Part shown: positions 19,917 to 29,531 of the stretch, in pieces
How the letters are laid out: each line of letters opens with the position of its first letter
Position numbering within the stretch: position 1 is the stretch's first letter
Assembly: GCA_937996235.1 (NCBI GenBank)
Contig: CALKVK010000032.1
Span: 242,444-306,443, forward strand
Origin: an uncultured bacterium
Lineage (GTDB): Bacteria; Planctomycetota; JAJSAM01; JAJVHW01
Reading direction: 5' to 3'
Length of the DNA: 64,000 bases
Program-made: the position numbers and the translations under genes
The notes under the pieces: model-generated
The model's input: only the letters and a program-made list of their open reading frames with translations
What the model was told of the DNA's origin: nothing
Databases searched by the model: none

Positions 19917-20420
19917 ATGCGTTGTCCGTTCTGCAAGGAGAACCGCGACAAGGTCATCGACTCCCGCGAGAGCTCCGACGGCTTCATCATCCGTCGGCGT
20001 CGGGAGTGCGAGGGCTGCGAGCGGCGCTTCACCACGCGGGAGCGCATCGAGGAGACGCCGCTGCGCGTCATCAAGCGCGACGGCAGCCGCGAGGACTTCG
20101 AGCGGCGCAAGATCCTGATGGGCCTGCTCACGGCGTGTCAGAAGCGGCCGATCGCGACCGACGACCTCGAGAAGATCGTCCAGCGCGTCGAGGAGCGCAT
20201 CCTCGACACCGCCGATCGCGAGATCGAGACCGAGGCGATCGGCGACATGGTCATGCGCGAGCTCGCCGGGATCGACAAGGTCGCGTACGTCCGCTTCGCG
20301 TCGGTGTACCGCAACTTCGAGTCGCCCGAGGACTTCGAGGCGATCGCGCAGCAGGTCGCGAAGCCCGCTCGGCGCGCGGCGCGCAAGTCGCAGAAGGCGA
20401 AGGAGCCCGAGGCCACGTGA
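19917..20420 (+). CDS. nrdR: Transcriptional repressor NrdR
   Basis: MRCPFCKENRDKVIDSRESSDGFIIRRRRECEGCERRFTT zinc ribbon plus ATP-cone (VIKRDGSREDFERRKI). Confidence 0.9.
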   Translation: MRCPFCKENRDKVIDSRESSDGFIIRRRRECEGCERRFTTRERIEETPLRVIKRDGSREDFERRKILMGLLTACQKRPIATDDLEKIVQRVEERILDTADREIETEAIGDMVMRELAGIDKVAYVRFASVYRNFESPEDFEAIAQQVAKPARRAARKSQKAKEPEAT

Positions 20421-22516
20421 GGCGCGTGGCCCTGGTCCGCCGGCGCGACGGCGAGACGGTCGCCTTCGAGCAGCAGCGCGTCCGCGACGCGGTCGAGCGT
20501 GCGCTGCTGGCGACCGGCGGACCGGACCGCGGTCTCTCCGAGCACGTCGCGGCGATGGTCGAGCTGTTCCTCGACAAGACCTACTTCGACGAGATCCCGA
20601 CCACCGACCAGGTCGAGGACATGGTCGAGAAGGTCCTCATGGACACCGGCCACGCCGAGGCGGCGAAGGCGTTCATCCTCCACCGCGAGCGGCGGCGCCG
20701 CATGCGCGAGGCGCGCGAGGCGCGCGACGCGCGCCTGCAGCCGACGCTGTTCGACAACCGCGTCGTCGTCGTCGACGACGCCGTCGAGGGCCGTGCGGCC
20801 GCCTTCTCGCGCGAGCGGCTCGCGCGCACGCTCTCGGCCGACGGCTCGGTCACGCGCGCCCTCGCCGACGACGTCGCGGCGGCGGTCGAGATGCGGCTCC
20901 GCGCGGGCGGCGTCGCGCGTGCCCCGGCCGCGCTCGTCCGCGCGCTCGCGGAGGCGGAGCTCCTCGAGCGGAGCGCGGCGCTCGACCTGCGACGGCGCGG
21001 CGGCGCCGTGCTCGCGCCGGAGCGCCTCGCCGCGGCCCTCTATCGCAAGGGCACCGGCGGACCCGCCGCGCCCGGCGGCGCGCCGTTCCCCGCCGTCGCC
21101 GCGACCGAGCTCGGGGGCGCCGCACTGCGCTGCCACGCGCTCGGCGAGCTGCTCCCGGCCGACGTGGCGCGCGCGCACCAGGACGGCGACGTGCACGTGC
21201 ACGGGCTCTCGCTCCCGGCGGCGCTCTTCTCGGCATCGCTCTCGCCGCGCGACGTCGCGGAGGGCAACGCGCCGGGCGCGGCCTCGCGCGTCCCCGCCGA
21301 CGCGGCGCGCAGCGCACGGCGCCTCACGGCGATGCTCGGGCGCAGCGCGCGCTTCCTCGGCGCGGCCGTCATCGACGGCGTCGCGGTCGTGGACGTACCC
21401 GACGCGTACGCGCCGCTCCTCGCGTCGGCCGACCGCGACGCGCTCGCCGAGGAGGCGTGGCACCTGCTCCTCGAGTGCTCGGCGGACGTCGGCGGCCGCC
21501 GCGTCGCGCTCGACCTCTCGCCCGTCGCCGACGCGGGCGAGGAGACGGCATCGGCGGCGTTCGCGACGGCACTGCTGCGCGCGCACGGGCGGCGCGAGGG
21601 GCTGCCCGGGGCCGACCTCCTGCCGCTGCCCGTCGTGACCGTCTCGGATCGCGCGTTCGAGAGCGACGCGGCGCGCGACGTGCTGCGCCTCGCCGCGGAC
21701 GCCGTGCTGCGCGGCTCCACGGTCGTGTTCCCTCTCGTGCGCGGCGCGGCGCCCGCCGCCTCGCCGCGCGACGTGCGCCGCGGAGCGAGCGCGCGGCCGG
21801 CGCGCGCGTGCGCGGGACGCATCACGCTGAACCTGCCCCGGCTCGCGCGCCGCGTCGGACGCGGCCGCATCGAGGGCTTCCTGCGCGCGTGCGACCGCCT
21901 CGTCGACCTGGCCGCTGCGGGGCATCAGGCGCGCCGCGAGCTCCTCGCGCAGGTGGCGGGCGCCTCGGGCGGCTGCCTGGCGCCGCTCCTGCGCGGACCG
22001 CGCGGGCGCACGCCGCTCTACGACCTCGCCGACGCGACGTGGTCCTTCGGCGTCACGGGTCTGAACGAGACGGCGCAGCTCCTCTGCGGCTTCGAGCTGC
22101 ACGACGACGACGAGGGCGCGGCGCGGCTCGCACGCCGCATCGCGTCGTACCTGGCGCTGCGCGTGCGCGAGGCGGGCGCAGCCGGCGACTTCCACGCGAC
22201 GCTCGACTCCGACGACGACGCGGACACGGCGCAGCGCCTCTTCGCCGCCGACCGGCTCGACGCGCCCGCGGCGATGTCCGACCACTTCCCCGATCGCAGC
22301 TCGTACTCGCCGGGCGTCGCCGTCCGCGAGGACGCGCCGGTCGACCTCCTCGCACGCATCGACCACGAGGAGGCGCTGCACGCGAACCTTGCGACGGCGA
22401 CGCTCCGGGTGCGGCTCGCGGCGGGGGACACGGGCGGCCCCGACGGGATCGTCGCGCTCCTGCGCAAGCTCCTCAGGGCGGGTGCCGCCGAGCGCGTGGA
22501 GGTGGCGACGTGGTGA
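20417..22516 (+). CDS. nrdD: Anaerobic (class III) ribonucleotide reductase NrdD-like protein with N-terminal ATP-cone; no canonical C-terminal glycyl-radical motif seen
   Basis: GTG start overlapping the nrdR stop. ATP-cone (VRRRDGETVAFEQQRVRDAVERAL). NrdD-like motifs AHQDGDVHVHGL, GRITLNLPRLA and FGVTGLNETAQLL. The C-terminus ...VALLRKLLRAGAAERVEVATW lacks an RVCGY-type glycine loop and a Cys-rich Zn ribbon. Confidence 0.6.
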   Translation: MRRVALVRRRDGETVAFEQQRVRDAVERALLATGGPDRGLSEHVAAMVELFLDKTYFDEIPTTDQVEDMVEKVLMDTGHAEAAKAFILHRERRRRMREAREARDARLQPTLFDNRVVVVDDAVEGRAAAFSRERLARTLSADGSVTRALADDVAAAVEMRLRAGGVARAPAALVRALAEAELLERSAALDLRRRGGAVLAPERLAAALYRKGTGGPAAPGGAPFPAVAATELGGAALRCHALGELLPADVARAHQDGDVHVHGLSLPAALFSASLSPRDVAEGNAPGAASRVPADAARSARRLTAMLGRSARFLGAAVIDGVAVVDVPDAYAPLLASADRDALAEEAWHLLLECSADVGGRRVALDLSPVADAGEETASAAFATALLRAHGRREGLPGADLLPLPVVTVSDRAFESDAARDVLRLAADAVLRGSTVVFPLVRGAAPAASPRDVRRGASARPARACAGRITLNLPRLARRVGRGRIEGFLRACDRLVDLAAAGHQARRELLAQVAGASGGCLAPLLRGPRGRTPLYDLADATWSFGVTGLNETAQLLCGFELHDDDEGAARLARRIASYLALRVREAGAAGDFHATLDSDDDADTAQRLFAADRLDAPAAMSDHFPDRSSYSPGVAVREDAPVDLLARIDHEEALHANLATATLRVRLAAGDTGGPDGIVALLRKLLRAGAAERVEVATW

Positions 22517-22557
22517 GGCGTGCGCCGCCGCTGCCCCCCGTGCGCGGACTCCAGCCG

Positions 22558-23247
22558 ATGTCGCTGACGGCGTGGGAGGGGCGCGTCACCGCGGTGCTGC
22601 AGATCCAGGGCTGCAACTTCCACTGCCCGGACTGCCCCGTGCCGCACCTGATCGCCACGTCCGTCGAAGGGGGCTCGATCCCGATCGAGAGCGCGCTCGA
22701 GGCGCTGTACCGCCGCCGGCGCTGGCTCGACGCGGTCGTCATCGCCGGCGGCGAGCCCACGCTGCACGAGGGCACGCGCGAGCTCGTCCGGCTGGTCCGC
22801 GAGTTCGGCCTGCGCGTGCGGCTGCACACGAACGGCTCGAACCCGCTCGCGCTGCGCGAACTGCTCGACACCGGCGAGCTCGCCAGCGTCTCGATGACCG
22901 TGCGCGGTCCGCTCGACCCGACCTACGCCGTCGCCGTCGGCGCGCGCGTGCGCCTCGCGAACGTCTACGAGTGCGTCGAGCTGCTCCTGCGCGCGCCGGG
23001 GGAGCACGAGTTCCGCGTGCCGTGGCTCCCGCAGGTCGTCGAACACGACCAGATGGTGGCCGTGCTGCGCATGCTCGCGGGTGCGCGCCGTGTCGTGCTC
23101 GAGCCGGCGCGCGACGGTTCGCCCGGAGTCCGGACGCTCCAGCAGGTGGGGCGTGCGGCCGGCACCTACGTCGAGAGCTGCGTCGTGGCGGCGCGGCCCG
23201 GACAGGACTTCGGCGCGCGGGGCCGCTCCCGCAGTGTGTCGCCGTGA
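22558..23247 (+). CDS. nrdG: Radical-SAM activating enzyme (NrdG/PflA family)
   Basis: CNFHCPDC CxxxCxxC cluster and GGEP glycine-rich SAM motif. A GTG at 22513 overlapping the nrdD stop is an alternative start. Confidence 0.7.
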   Translation: MSLTAWEGRVTAVLQIQGCNFHCPDCPVPHLIATSVEGGSIPIESALEALYRRRRWLDAVVIAGGEPTLHEGTRELVRLVREFGLRVRLHTNGSNPLALRELLDTGELASVSMTVRGPLDPTYAVAVGARVRLANVYECVELLLRAPGEHEFRVPWLPQVVEHDQMVAVLRMLAGARRVVLEPARDGSPGVRTLQQVGRAAGTYVESCVVAARPGQDFGARGRSRSVSP

Positions 23248-23287
23248 CCGCACACCGGGGCGGTCGACCCGCAGGGAGTACCCACGC

Positions 23288-26200
23288 ATGCGCCTGAAGT
23301 CGCTCCGGCTGCACGGCTTCAAGTCGTTCGCGCTGCGTACCGAGTTCACGTTCCCCGAAGGGCTGACGTGCATCGTCGGCCCGAACGGCTGCGGGAAGTC
23401 GAACGTCGTCGACGCGATCAAGTGGGTGCTCGGGGAGCAGCGACCGACCGCGCTGCGCGGCTCCGAGATGCAGGACGTGATCTTCGGCGGCACCGCCGCG
23501 CGCAAGCCCGTCGGCATGGCCGAGGTCACGCTCGTCTTCGACAACGCGAACCGCACGATCGACGTCGACTGGACCGAGGTCGAGGTGACGCGCCGCGTCT
23601 ACCGCGACGGCAGCAGCGAGTACCTGCTGAACCGCAGTCGCTGCCGCCTGCGCGACCTGCGCGAGCTGCTCATGGACACGGGCAGCGGGCAGGGCGCGAT
23701 GACGATCATGGAGCAGGGCAAGATCGACCAGATCCTGCGCGAGGGGCACCAGGAGCGGCGCGCGGTGTTCGAGGAGGCGGCCGGCGTCGCGAAGTACAAG
23801 GCGCGGCGCAAGGAGTCGCTGCGGCGCCTCGAGCAGGTCGAGGCCGACCTCCTGCGCGTCAGCGACGTCGTCGCGGAGAAGCAGCGCCTCGTGCGCTCGC
23901 TGAAGATCCAGGCGGGTCGCGCGGAGCGCTACCAGGCGCTCGTCGACGAGATGCGCGCCAAGCGCCTGCAGCTCGCGGTGCACCGCTACGGACTGCTCGT
24001 CACCGAGTCCGACGAGGCCACGCGCCGTGTCGAGGAGCTGACGACCGCCGAGGCCGCCGCGCGCGCCGAGGTCGAGCGCTCCGCCGCCGAGTGCCGCCGC
24101 GTCGAGGACGAGGTCGAGGAGGCGCGCGTCTCGGCCTCGCGTCTCGAGCAGGAGATCACGTCGCTCGAGGGCCAGGCCGAGACCGCGCGCGAGAAGTCCG
24201 CGTTCGCGGCGCGCCTGATGGCCGAGCTCGACGGGAAGATCCGCTGGTACCGCGACGAGATCGAGAGCGGCGGCGAGCGGCTCGAACAGATCGCGGTCGC
24301 CGGGCAGGAGGTCGCCGAATCGCTCGCGCGCGCCGCGGTCGAGCGCGACGAGCGCGCCGCCGCCGTGCGCGCCGCGGAGGAGGGCATCCGAGCGCTCGCC
24401 GCCGACCACGCCGAGCGCCGCCGTGTCACCGACGGTCTCGCGCGGCTGGCGTACGAGGTCGTCGAGCGCCGCGCCGTGCTCGGGAGCCGCCGCTCGCGGC
24501 TCGACGCGCGCCACCAGGCGCTCGAGGCGCAGCGTGCCCGTCTGCTCGAGCGCCTCGCGGGTCTCGAGTCCGACGCGCTCGCCGCGCGCGAGCGGGCCGC
24601 GCGGACGGCCGAGGCGCTCTCCGCCGCGCAGGCGCGCGTGGACGCCGCGCAGAGCGCGCTCGCCGAGGCCGAGGCGCGCACGGCCGCGGCGGAGGAGCGC
24701 GTCCGCGCCGACCGCGAGACGGCGACGAGCCTCGACCGCGAGGTGTCCGGACTGCGCAGCCGCGTGGACGTGCTGCAGCACCTCTGTCGCCAGATGGAGG
24801 GCGTGGCCGAGGGTGCGAAGAAGCTCGTCGCCGCCGCGCGCGCCGGCGAGACCGAACTCGCAGGCGTGCGCGGTCTCCTCGCCGAGTTCGTCGAGACCGA
24901 CGCCGCGGACGCGCCGCTGGTCGAGAGCGCCCTCGGCGCGTACGCCTCGGCCGTGGTGGTCGCGACGTTCGCAGACGCGGAACGCGCCGCCGCGTACCTC
25001 GCGCGGAAGCGCCTCGGGCGCTGCCTACTCGTGCCGCTCGACGACATCCGCGCGGCCGCGGTCGGCGCGGGGGCCGAGTCGCTGGCCGCGCGCGTGCGCT
25101 GCGCCGACGACATCCGGCCCGTCGTCGCGGCGCTCCTGGGCGAGACGGTCGCCGTCGCCACGCTCGCCGAGGCGCGTGCGCGTCGCGCGGACGCACCGCA
25201 CGCACTGCGCGTGGTCACGGTGGGCGGCGAAGTGCTCGAGAGCACGGGGGCGCTCGCCGCGGGCGGCGAGGCCGGCGGGACGGGCGTCCTGCGTCGGCGC
25301 ATCGAGCTCCGCGACCTGTCGGCGCGACTCGACGAGCAGCGCGCGCGGCTCGAGGCGGCGCGCGCATCGCAGCGCGCGGCCGAGCTCGAGCAGACCGAGG
25401 CGCGGCGCGCGCTCGGCGCGGCGCGCGATGCGCTGCGGCGCGACGAGAGCGATGCGCACCGCGCCCGCTCCGAGTCCGAGCGCACGGCGTCCGACGTGAC
25501 GCGCCTCGCCGGCGACTCCACGCGGCTCGACGGCGAGGTCGAGGAGATCGCGCGCGAGCTGACGCGGATCGACGACGAGCGCGAGGTGGCGACGGCCGAC
25601 GCCGCACGCCTCGACGCCGAGCGCGTCGACGTCGAGGCGCGCCGCGCCGACGCCGCCCGCGCCGCGGCCGACGCCGAGGCACGGCTGCGCGAGGCGGAGG
25701 GGCTGCGCGCCGACCTGCGCGTTCAGGCCGCCGCGGTGCAGGAGCGCTGCGCGGCGCTCGAGGCGCGGGCGAAGTCGCTGCAGACCGAGATCCGCGATGT
25801 CGAGGACGGTGTGCGCGAGGCGCGCGAGGAGCTCGCGGCATGCGAGCAGCGGCGCGAGGAGGCGGACCAGCGCGGGAAGCAGGCGCGCACCGACCACACG
25901 AGGGCGCTCGCGCGCCGCGACGACTGCATCGTCGCGCTGACCGAGGTGCGCCACCGCCTGGGCGACGCGCGAGCGCGGCTCGAGGAGCGGCGCGTGCTGC
26001 TCGACGGCTTCGAGAAGGAGGCAGGTGGGCTCGGCAAGGAGCTCACGCGCTTCCGCCTGCGCCAGAACGAGGCGCGGCTGCGTGTCGAGAACCTCGTCGA
26101 GCGGCTGCGCGACGAGCTCGAGATCGATCTGCACGCGGCGTGGATGGCGTCGCGCTCCGAGGGCGCACAGGCGCCCGCCGCGCCCGTCTACGCGGAGAGC

Positions 26201-26896
26201 GCGTCGGCGCCGTTCGACGCCGTCGCCGTCGAGGCCGAGGTGCAGGACCTGCGCGACCGCATCGCGCGCATGGGCAACGTCAACCTCGAGGCCCTCGACC
26301 AGCTCCAGACGGTCGAGCGCGAGGCCGACGAACTGCAGCGGCAGCACGACGACCTGACGCGCTCGCGCGAGTCGCTGCTCGAGGCGATCCGGCGCATCGA
26401 CGCGGAGAGCCGCGAGCTGTTCGTCTCGACGTTCGAGAAGATCCGCGAGAACTTCCGCGAGACGTTCCGTCGGCTGTTCGAGGGCGGCAAGGCCGACATC
26501 TTCCTCGACGAGGGCCAGGACGTGCTCGAGGCGGGCATCGACATCGTCGCGCGTCCGCCGGGCAAGGAGCCGCGCTCGATCTCGCTGCTCTCCGGCGGCG
26601 AGCGCACGATGACCGCCGTTGCGCTGCTCTTCGCCATCTACAAGGCGAAGCCGTCGCCGTTCTGCCTGCTCGACGAGGTGGACGCCGCGCTGGACGAGGC
26701 GAACGTGGAGCGTTTCGCGACGCTCGTGCACGAGTACTCGACCGAGAGCCAGTTCATCATCATCACGCACAACAAGCGCACGATGAGTGCCGCCGACACG
26801 ATCTTCGGCGTGTCGATGCCGGAGCGCGGCGTCAGCCGCCGTCTGGCCGTCCGCCTCGAGGACGTCGGCGACAACGGCGAGATCCGCGCGGCGTAG
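23288..26896 (+). CDS. smc: Chromosome segregation protein SMC
   Basis: 1202 aa. N-terminal Walker A (GPNGCGKSN), long coiled coils with a hinge, C-terminal signature LSGGERTMTAVALLFAI and Walker B (CLLDEVDAALDE). Confidence 0.9.
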   Translation: MRLKSLRLHGFKSFALRTEFTFPEGLTCIVGPNGCGKSNVVDAIKWVLGEQRPTALRGSEMQDVIFGGTAARKPVGMAEVTLVFDNANRTIDVDWTEVEVTRRVYRDGSSEYLLNRSRCRLRDLRELLMDTGSGQGAMTIMEQGKIDQILREGHQERRAVFEEAAGVAKYKARRKESLRRLEQVEADLLRVSDVVAEKQRLVRSLKIQAGRAERYQALVDEMRAKRLQLAVHRYGLLVTESDEATRRVEELTTAEAAARAEVERSAAECRRVEDEVEEARVSASRLEQEITSLEGQAETAREKSAFAARLMAELDGKIRWYRDEIESGGERLEQIAVAGQEVAESLARAAVERDERAAAVRAAEEGIRALAADHAERRRVTDGLARLAYEVVERRAVLGSRRSRLDARHQALEAQRARLLERLAGLESDALAARERAARTAEALSAAQARVDAAQSALAEAEARTAAAEERVRADRETATSLDREVSGLRSRVDVLQHLCRQMEGVAEGAKKLVAAARAGETELAGVRGLLAEFVETDAADAPLVESALGAYASAVVVATFADAERAAAYLARKRLGRCLLVPLDDIRAAAVGAGAESLAARVRCADDIRPVVAALLGETVAVATLAEARARRADAPHALRVVTVGGEVLESTGALAAGGEAGGTGVLRRRIELRDLSARLDEQRARLEAARASQRAAELEQTEARRALGAARDALRRDESDAHRARSESERTASDVTRLAGDSTRLDGEVEEIARELTRIDDEREVATADAARLDAERVDVEARRADAARAAADAEARLREAEGLRADLRVQAAAVQERCAALEARAKSLQTEIRDVEDGVREAREELAACEQRREEADQRGKQARTDHTRALARRDDCIVALTEVRHRLGDARARLEERRVLLDGFEKEAGGLGKELTRFRLRQNEARLRVENLVERLRDELEIDLHAAWMASRSEGAQAPAAPVYAESASAPFDAVAVEAEVQDLRDRIARMGNVNLEALDQLQTVEREADELQRQHDDLTRSRESLLEAIRRIDAESRELFVSTFEKIRENFRETFRRLFEGGKADIFLDEGQDVLEAGIDIVARPPGKEPRSISLLSGGERTMTAVALLFAIYKAKPSPFCLLDEVDAALDEANVERFATLVHEYSTESQFIIITHNKRTMSAADTIFGVSMPERGVSRRLAVRLEDVGDNGEIRAA

Positions 26897-26920
26897 ACCG
26901 CGCGCACCCGCACGCCGCGG

Positions 26921-27598
26921 TCAGAAGCCGAGGAGTGCGGGCAGTTCCGCGACGTGCGCGATCTCGCGCCACGGCACGTCGTGCGGCTCGACGACGCGCT
27001 GCGCTGCGTACTCGCCGTGCGGTGCGCGCACGAGCACCGTGCGGCAACCCAGTGCGTTTCCCGCGCGGACGTCGGTCGACGGCCGGTCGCCCACGACGAC
27101 CACGCGCGACGGCTCCCAGCCGCGCCGCGCGAGCAGCGCACGCAGCGCGGGGGTCTTCCCGTCACGCGCGTCCGTCGCGACGAACACGAGCTCCGTGAAC
27201 CACGGCCGCAGCGCGAGCCGCTCGACCTTCGCCTGCTGCGTCGCGACGTCGCCGGCGGTGAGGAGTGCCAGCGGACACGCGGCGTGCAGGCGGTCGAGCG
27301 CGCGCCCGACGCGCTCGTCGAGGCGGATGGCCGGGACCTCGAAGCGCTGGAACGCGTCCTCGCCGACGGTTTCGTCGCGCGTGGGGACGCCGTGGGTGCG
27401 CGCGAGCTCGACGAAGGGGCGCGCGGCGCCCGAGGCGCGCAGCGCGCGCAGCGCGGCGCGCGCCGCGTCCTCGTCGAGTGCGAGTCCCGCCGCGCGCAGC
27501 GCCGCGAGCGCGCGCGCGTCGGCCTGCGGCACGAGGAGGCGCGCGGTGTCGAACAGCGTGTCGTCGAGGTCGAGGACGATCGCGTCCGGCACGCGCAT
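26921..27598 (-). CDS. HAD-superfamily hydrolase/phosphatase
   Basis: N-terminal DxD motif (AIVLDLDDTLFDT). A conserved S/T and a K...D(x)D (VVVGDRPSTDV) are present. The start overlaps the stop of the upstream GHMP kinase (ATGA on minus). Confidence 0.75.
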   Translation of the reverse strand: MRVPDAIVLDLDDTLFDTARLLVPQADARALAALRAAGLALDEDAARAALRALRASGAARPFVELARTHGVPTRDETVGEDAFQRFEVPAIRLDERVGRALDRLHAACPLALLTAGDVATQQAKVERLALRPWFTELVFVATDARDGKTPALRALLARRGWEPSRVVVVGDRPSTDVRAGNALGCRTVLVRAPHGEYAAQRVVEPHDVPWREIAHVAELPALLGF

Positions 27599-28599
27599 CA
27601 GCGGACGCCGCGACGCTCCGCTCGGAACGGGAGCACGCGCCCGCCTGCGGCGCGCGCCGCGGCGGCGACCGCGCGGCGCGTCCCGTCGCGGCACCACACG
27701 ACGACGCAGCCGCCGCCGCCCGCGCCGCACGCCTTGGTCGCGAGTGCGCCCGCCTCGCCGACGGCGTCCGCGAGCGCCTCGATCCCGGGCGTCGTCACGC
27801 CCGGCGCGAGACGCTTGCGCGCCTCCCACTCCGCCGCCATCGCACGGCCCGCGGCGTCGAGATCTCCGGCGCGCAGCGCCGCGAGCAGCGCGCGCGCTGC
27901 GTCGGCGACCGCGGCGATGCGCGCGCGCACGCGGCGGTCGCCGTCCACGTAGCGCTTCGTGATCTCCCAGTTGTTCGTCGCGGAGTCGTGCGGCACGCCC
28001 GTGTAGACGAGCACGAGCCGCGCAGCGAGCGCGTCGACGTCGAGCGGCAGAGCGCGGCGCTGCGGCCCGCCCGGCGGGAACGTCACGACGCTGAGTCCGC
28101 CGTAGAGCGCGCCGACGTGGTCCTGCGAGCCCGTCGGCACGCCGATGACGCGCGCCTCGAGCTCACCGGCCGTGCGCAGCAACGCCGCGCGGCCGAGGCG
28201 CGGTCCGCCCGCACCGGCGAGCGCGTGCAGCATCGCGACGACGAGCGTGGAGGACCCGCCGAGCCCGGAACCTGCCGGCACGCCGCTGCGCGTCTCGATC
28301 TCGACGCCGCCCGCCGGCCCGAGATGGAGCGCGACCTGGCGGTGGAGCGCGAGCGGGCCCGCCGCCCGCAGCTCCGCGCGCTCGCGGCAGACGACGCGCA
28401 GGCGCCGATCGCGCGCGGCGAGCACGAAGCGGCCGTCGTCCCGGACCCGTACACGTGCCGTCGCGAGCCGGTCGATCGCGAGGTTGACGGTCACCGCTTC
28501 GGGTTCGAGCTGGCAGATCGGGTAGATGTCGAGCGTGCCCCCGGCGAGGTCGATCCGGGCGGGGGCGCGGGCCGTGGAGACGGGGAGGGGCGCGGGCAT
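27598..28599 (-). CDS. GHMP-family sugar kinase (HddA/fucokinase-like)
   Basis: 334 aa from ATG at 28599. GHMP motifs PAGSGLGGSSTL, and the GHMP C-terminal domain (GAGGGG) near the end. Confidence 0.75.
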   Translation of the reverse strand: MPAPLPVSTARAPARIDLAGGTLDIYPICQLEPEAVTVNLAIDRLATARVRVRDDGRFVLAARDRRLRVVCRERAELRAAGPLALHRQVALHLGPAGGVEIETRSGVPAGSGLGGSSTLVVAMLHALAGAGGPRLGRAALLRTAGELEARVIGVPTGSQDHVGALYGGLSVVTFPPGGPQRRALPLDVDALAARLVLVYTGVPHDSATNNWEITKRYVDGDRRVRARIAAVADAARALLAALRAGDLDAAGRAMAAEWEARKRLAPGVTTPGIEALADAVGEAGALATKACGAGGGGCVVVWCRDGTRRAVAAAARAAGGRVLPFRAERRGVR

Positions 28600-28716
28600 G
28601 CGCCGAGGGTACGCCGACGCGGCCTCGACCCCCACATGTTGGGTGCATACGACGCGGAGGGCACCGGATCGCGCGCATTTGGCGGAGGCCGCAGCGCGGC
28701 GCGCTAACTTCCCGCG

Positions 28717-29409
28717 ATGTCCCTCACCGGCAACGGGCACGTGATCGTCGGGGTCGTCGACCAGGGCACCGAGAAGGTGCAGCACTACGTCGCCTGCATC
28801 GAGGCGGCCGGCGGACGCGCGGAGGTGCTCGGCTGGCGCGGCGGGCGCGATCCCTTCCGCGACGCCGAGGCGTTCGACGCGTACGTGCTGTGCGGCGGCG
28901 ACGACATCGACGCTGCGCACTTCCGCGAGCCGAACCACCCGCGAGTCACCCTCGACGACCCGCGCCGCGACGCGTACGAGATCGCGTTCTGCCGCCGTGC
29001 CGCCGTGCTGGGGGTGCCGCTGCTCGCCGTCTGCCGCGGCGCGCAGGTGCTGAACGTCGCGCTCGGCGGGACGCTCGTGCAGCACATCCCCGACCTCCCC
29101 GGCGCGGGGCGGCACGACGGGGGTGTCCGCCACACGCTGCGGCTGGCGGCGGACTCGCACCTGGTGCGCCTGCGAGGCGCGTCGCAGGAGAGCCTCGCGG
29201 TGAACTCGTACCACCACCAGGCGGTCGGGCGCGTCGCCCCGGCGCTGCGCAGCACGGCCTGGTCCGAGGACGGCTGCATCGAGGCCGTCGAGGGACCGGG
29301 ACCGTTCCTCGTCGGCGTGCAGTGGCACCCCGAGCGCGACGGCAACGACGGCGCGCTCGGGGCCGACCTGTTCGGCGCACTCCTCGACGCCGTGCGGATT
29401 TCGGCGTAG
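28717..29409 (+). CDS. Class I glutamine amidotransferase-like hydrolase (peptidase C26 / gamma-glutamyl-GABA hydrolase family)
   Basis: Catalytic Cys in LLAVCRGAQVLN and His in YHHQAV...WHPE. Confidence 0.75.
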   Translation: MSLTGNGHVIVGVVDQGTEKVQHYVACIEAAGGRAEVLGWRGGRDPFRDAEAFDAYVLCGGDDIDAAHFREPNHPRVTLDDPRRDAYEIAFCRRAAVLGVPLLAVCRGAQVLNVALGGTLVQHIPDLPGAGRHDGGVRHTLRLAADSHLVRLRGASQESLAVNSYHHQAVGRVAPALRSTAWSEDGCIEAVEGPGPFLVGVQWHPERDGNDGALGADLFGALLDAVRISA

Positions 29410-29531
29410 TCGGCGCACCCCGCGTTCGTCCAAGACTGCGGTCGAGGGCGGCGGGGGCGCCGCCGGGGTGTCCGGGTCGTACTCCTGCACGCGGCCGCGC
29501 CCGGCGCCCGCGTGCTACCCTGCGAGCGTCC

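Noticed and set aside
19646-20416. Upstream part of the 956-aa ORF 19646..22516
   Set aside because: It runs through the nrdR promoter region and the nrdR gene in another frame. Only the part from the GTG at 20417 (ATP-cone onwards) looks like a real protein.
23368-27198. 1276-aa plus-strand ORF offset from smc; minus-strand ORFs 23986..25521 and 25025..26770
   Set aside because: Off-frame or antisense low-complexity ORFs. SMC in the 23288 frame has all the hallmark motifs.
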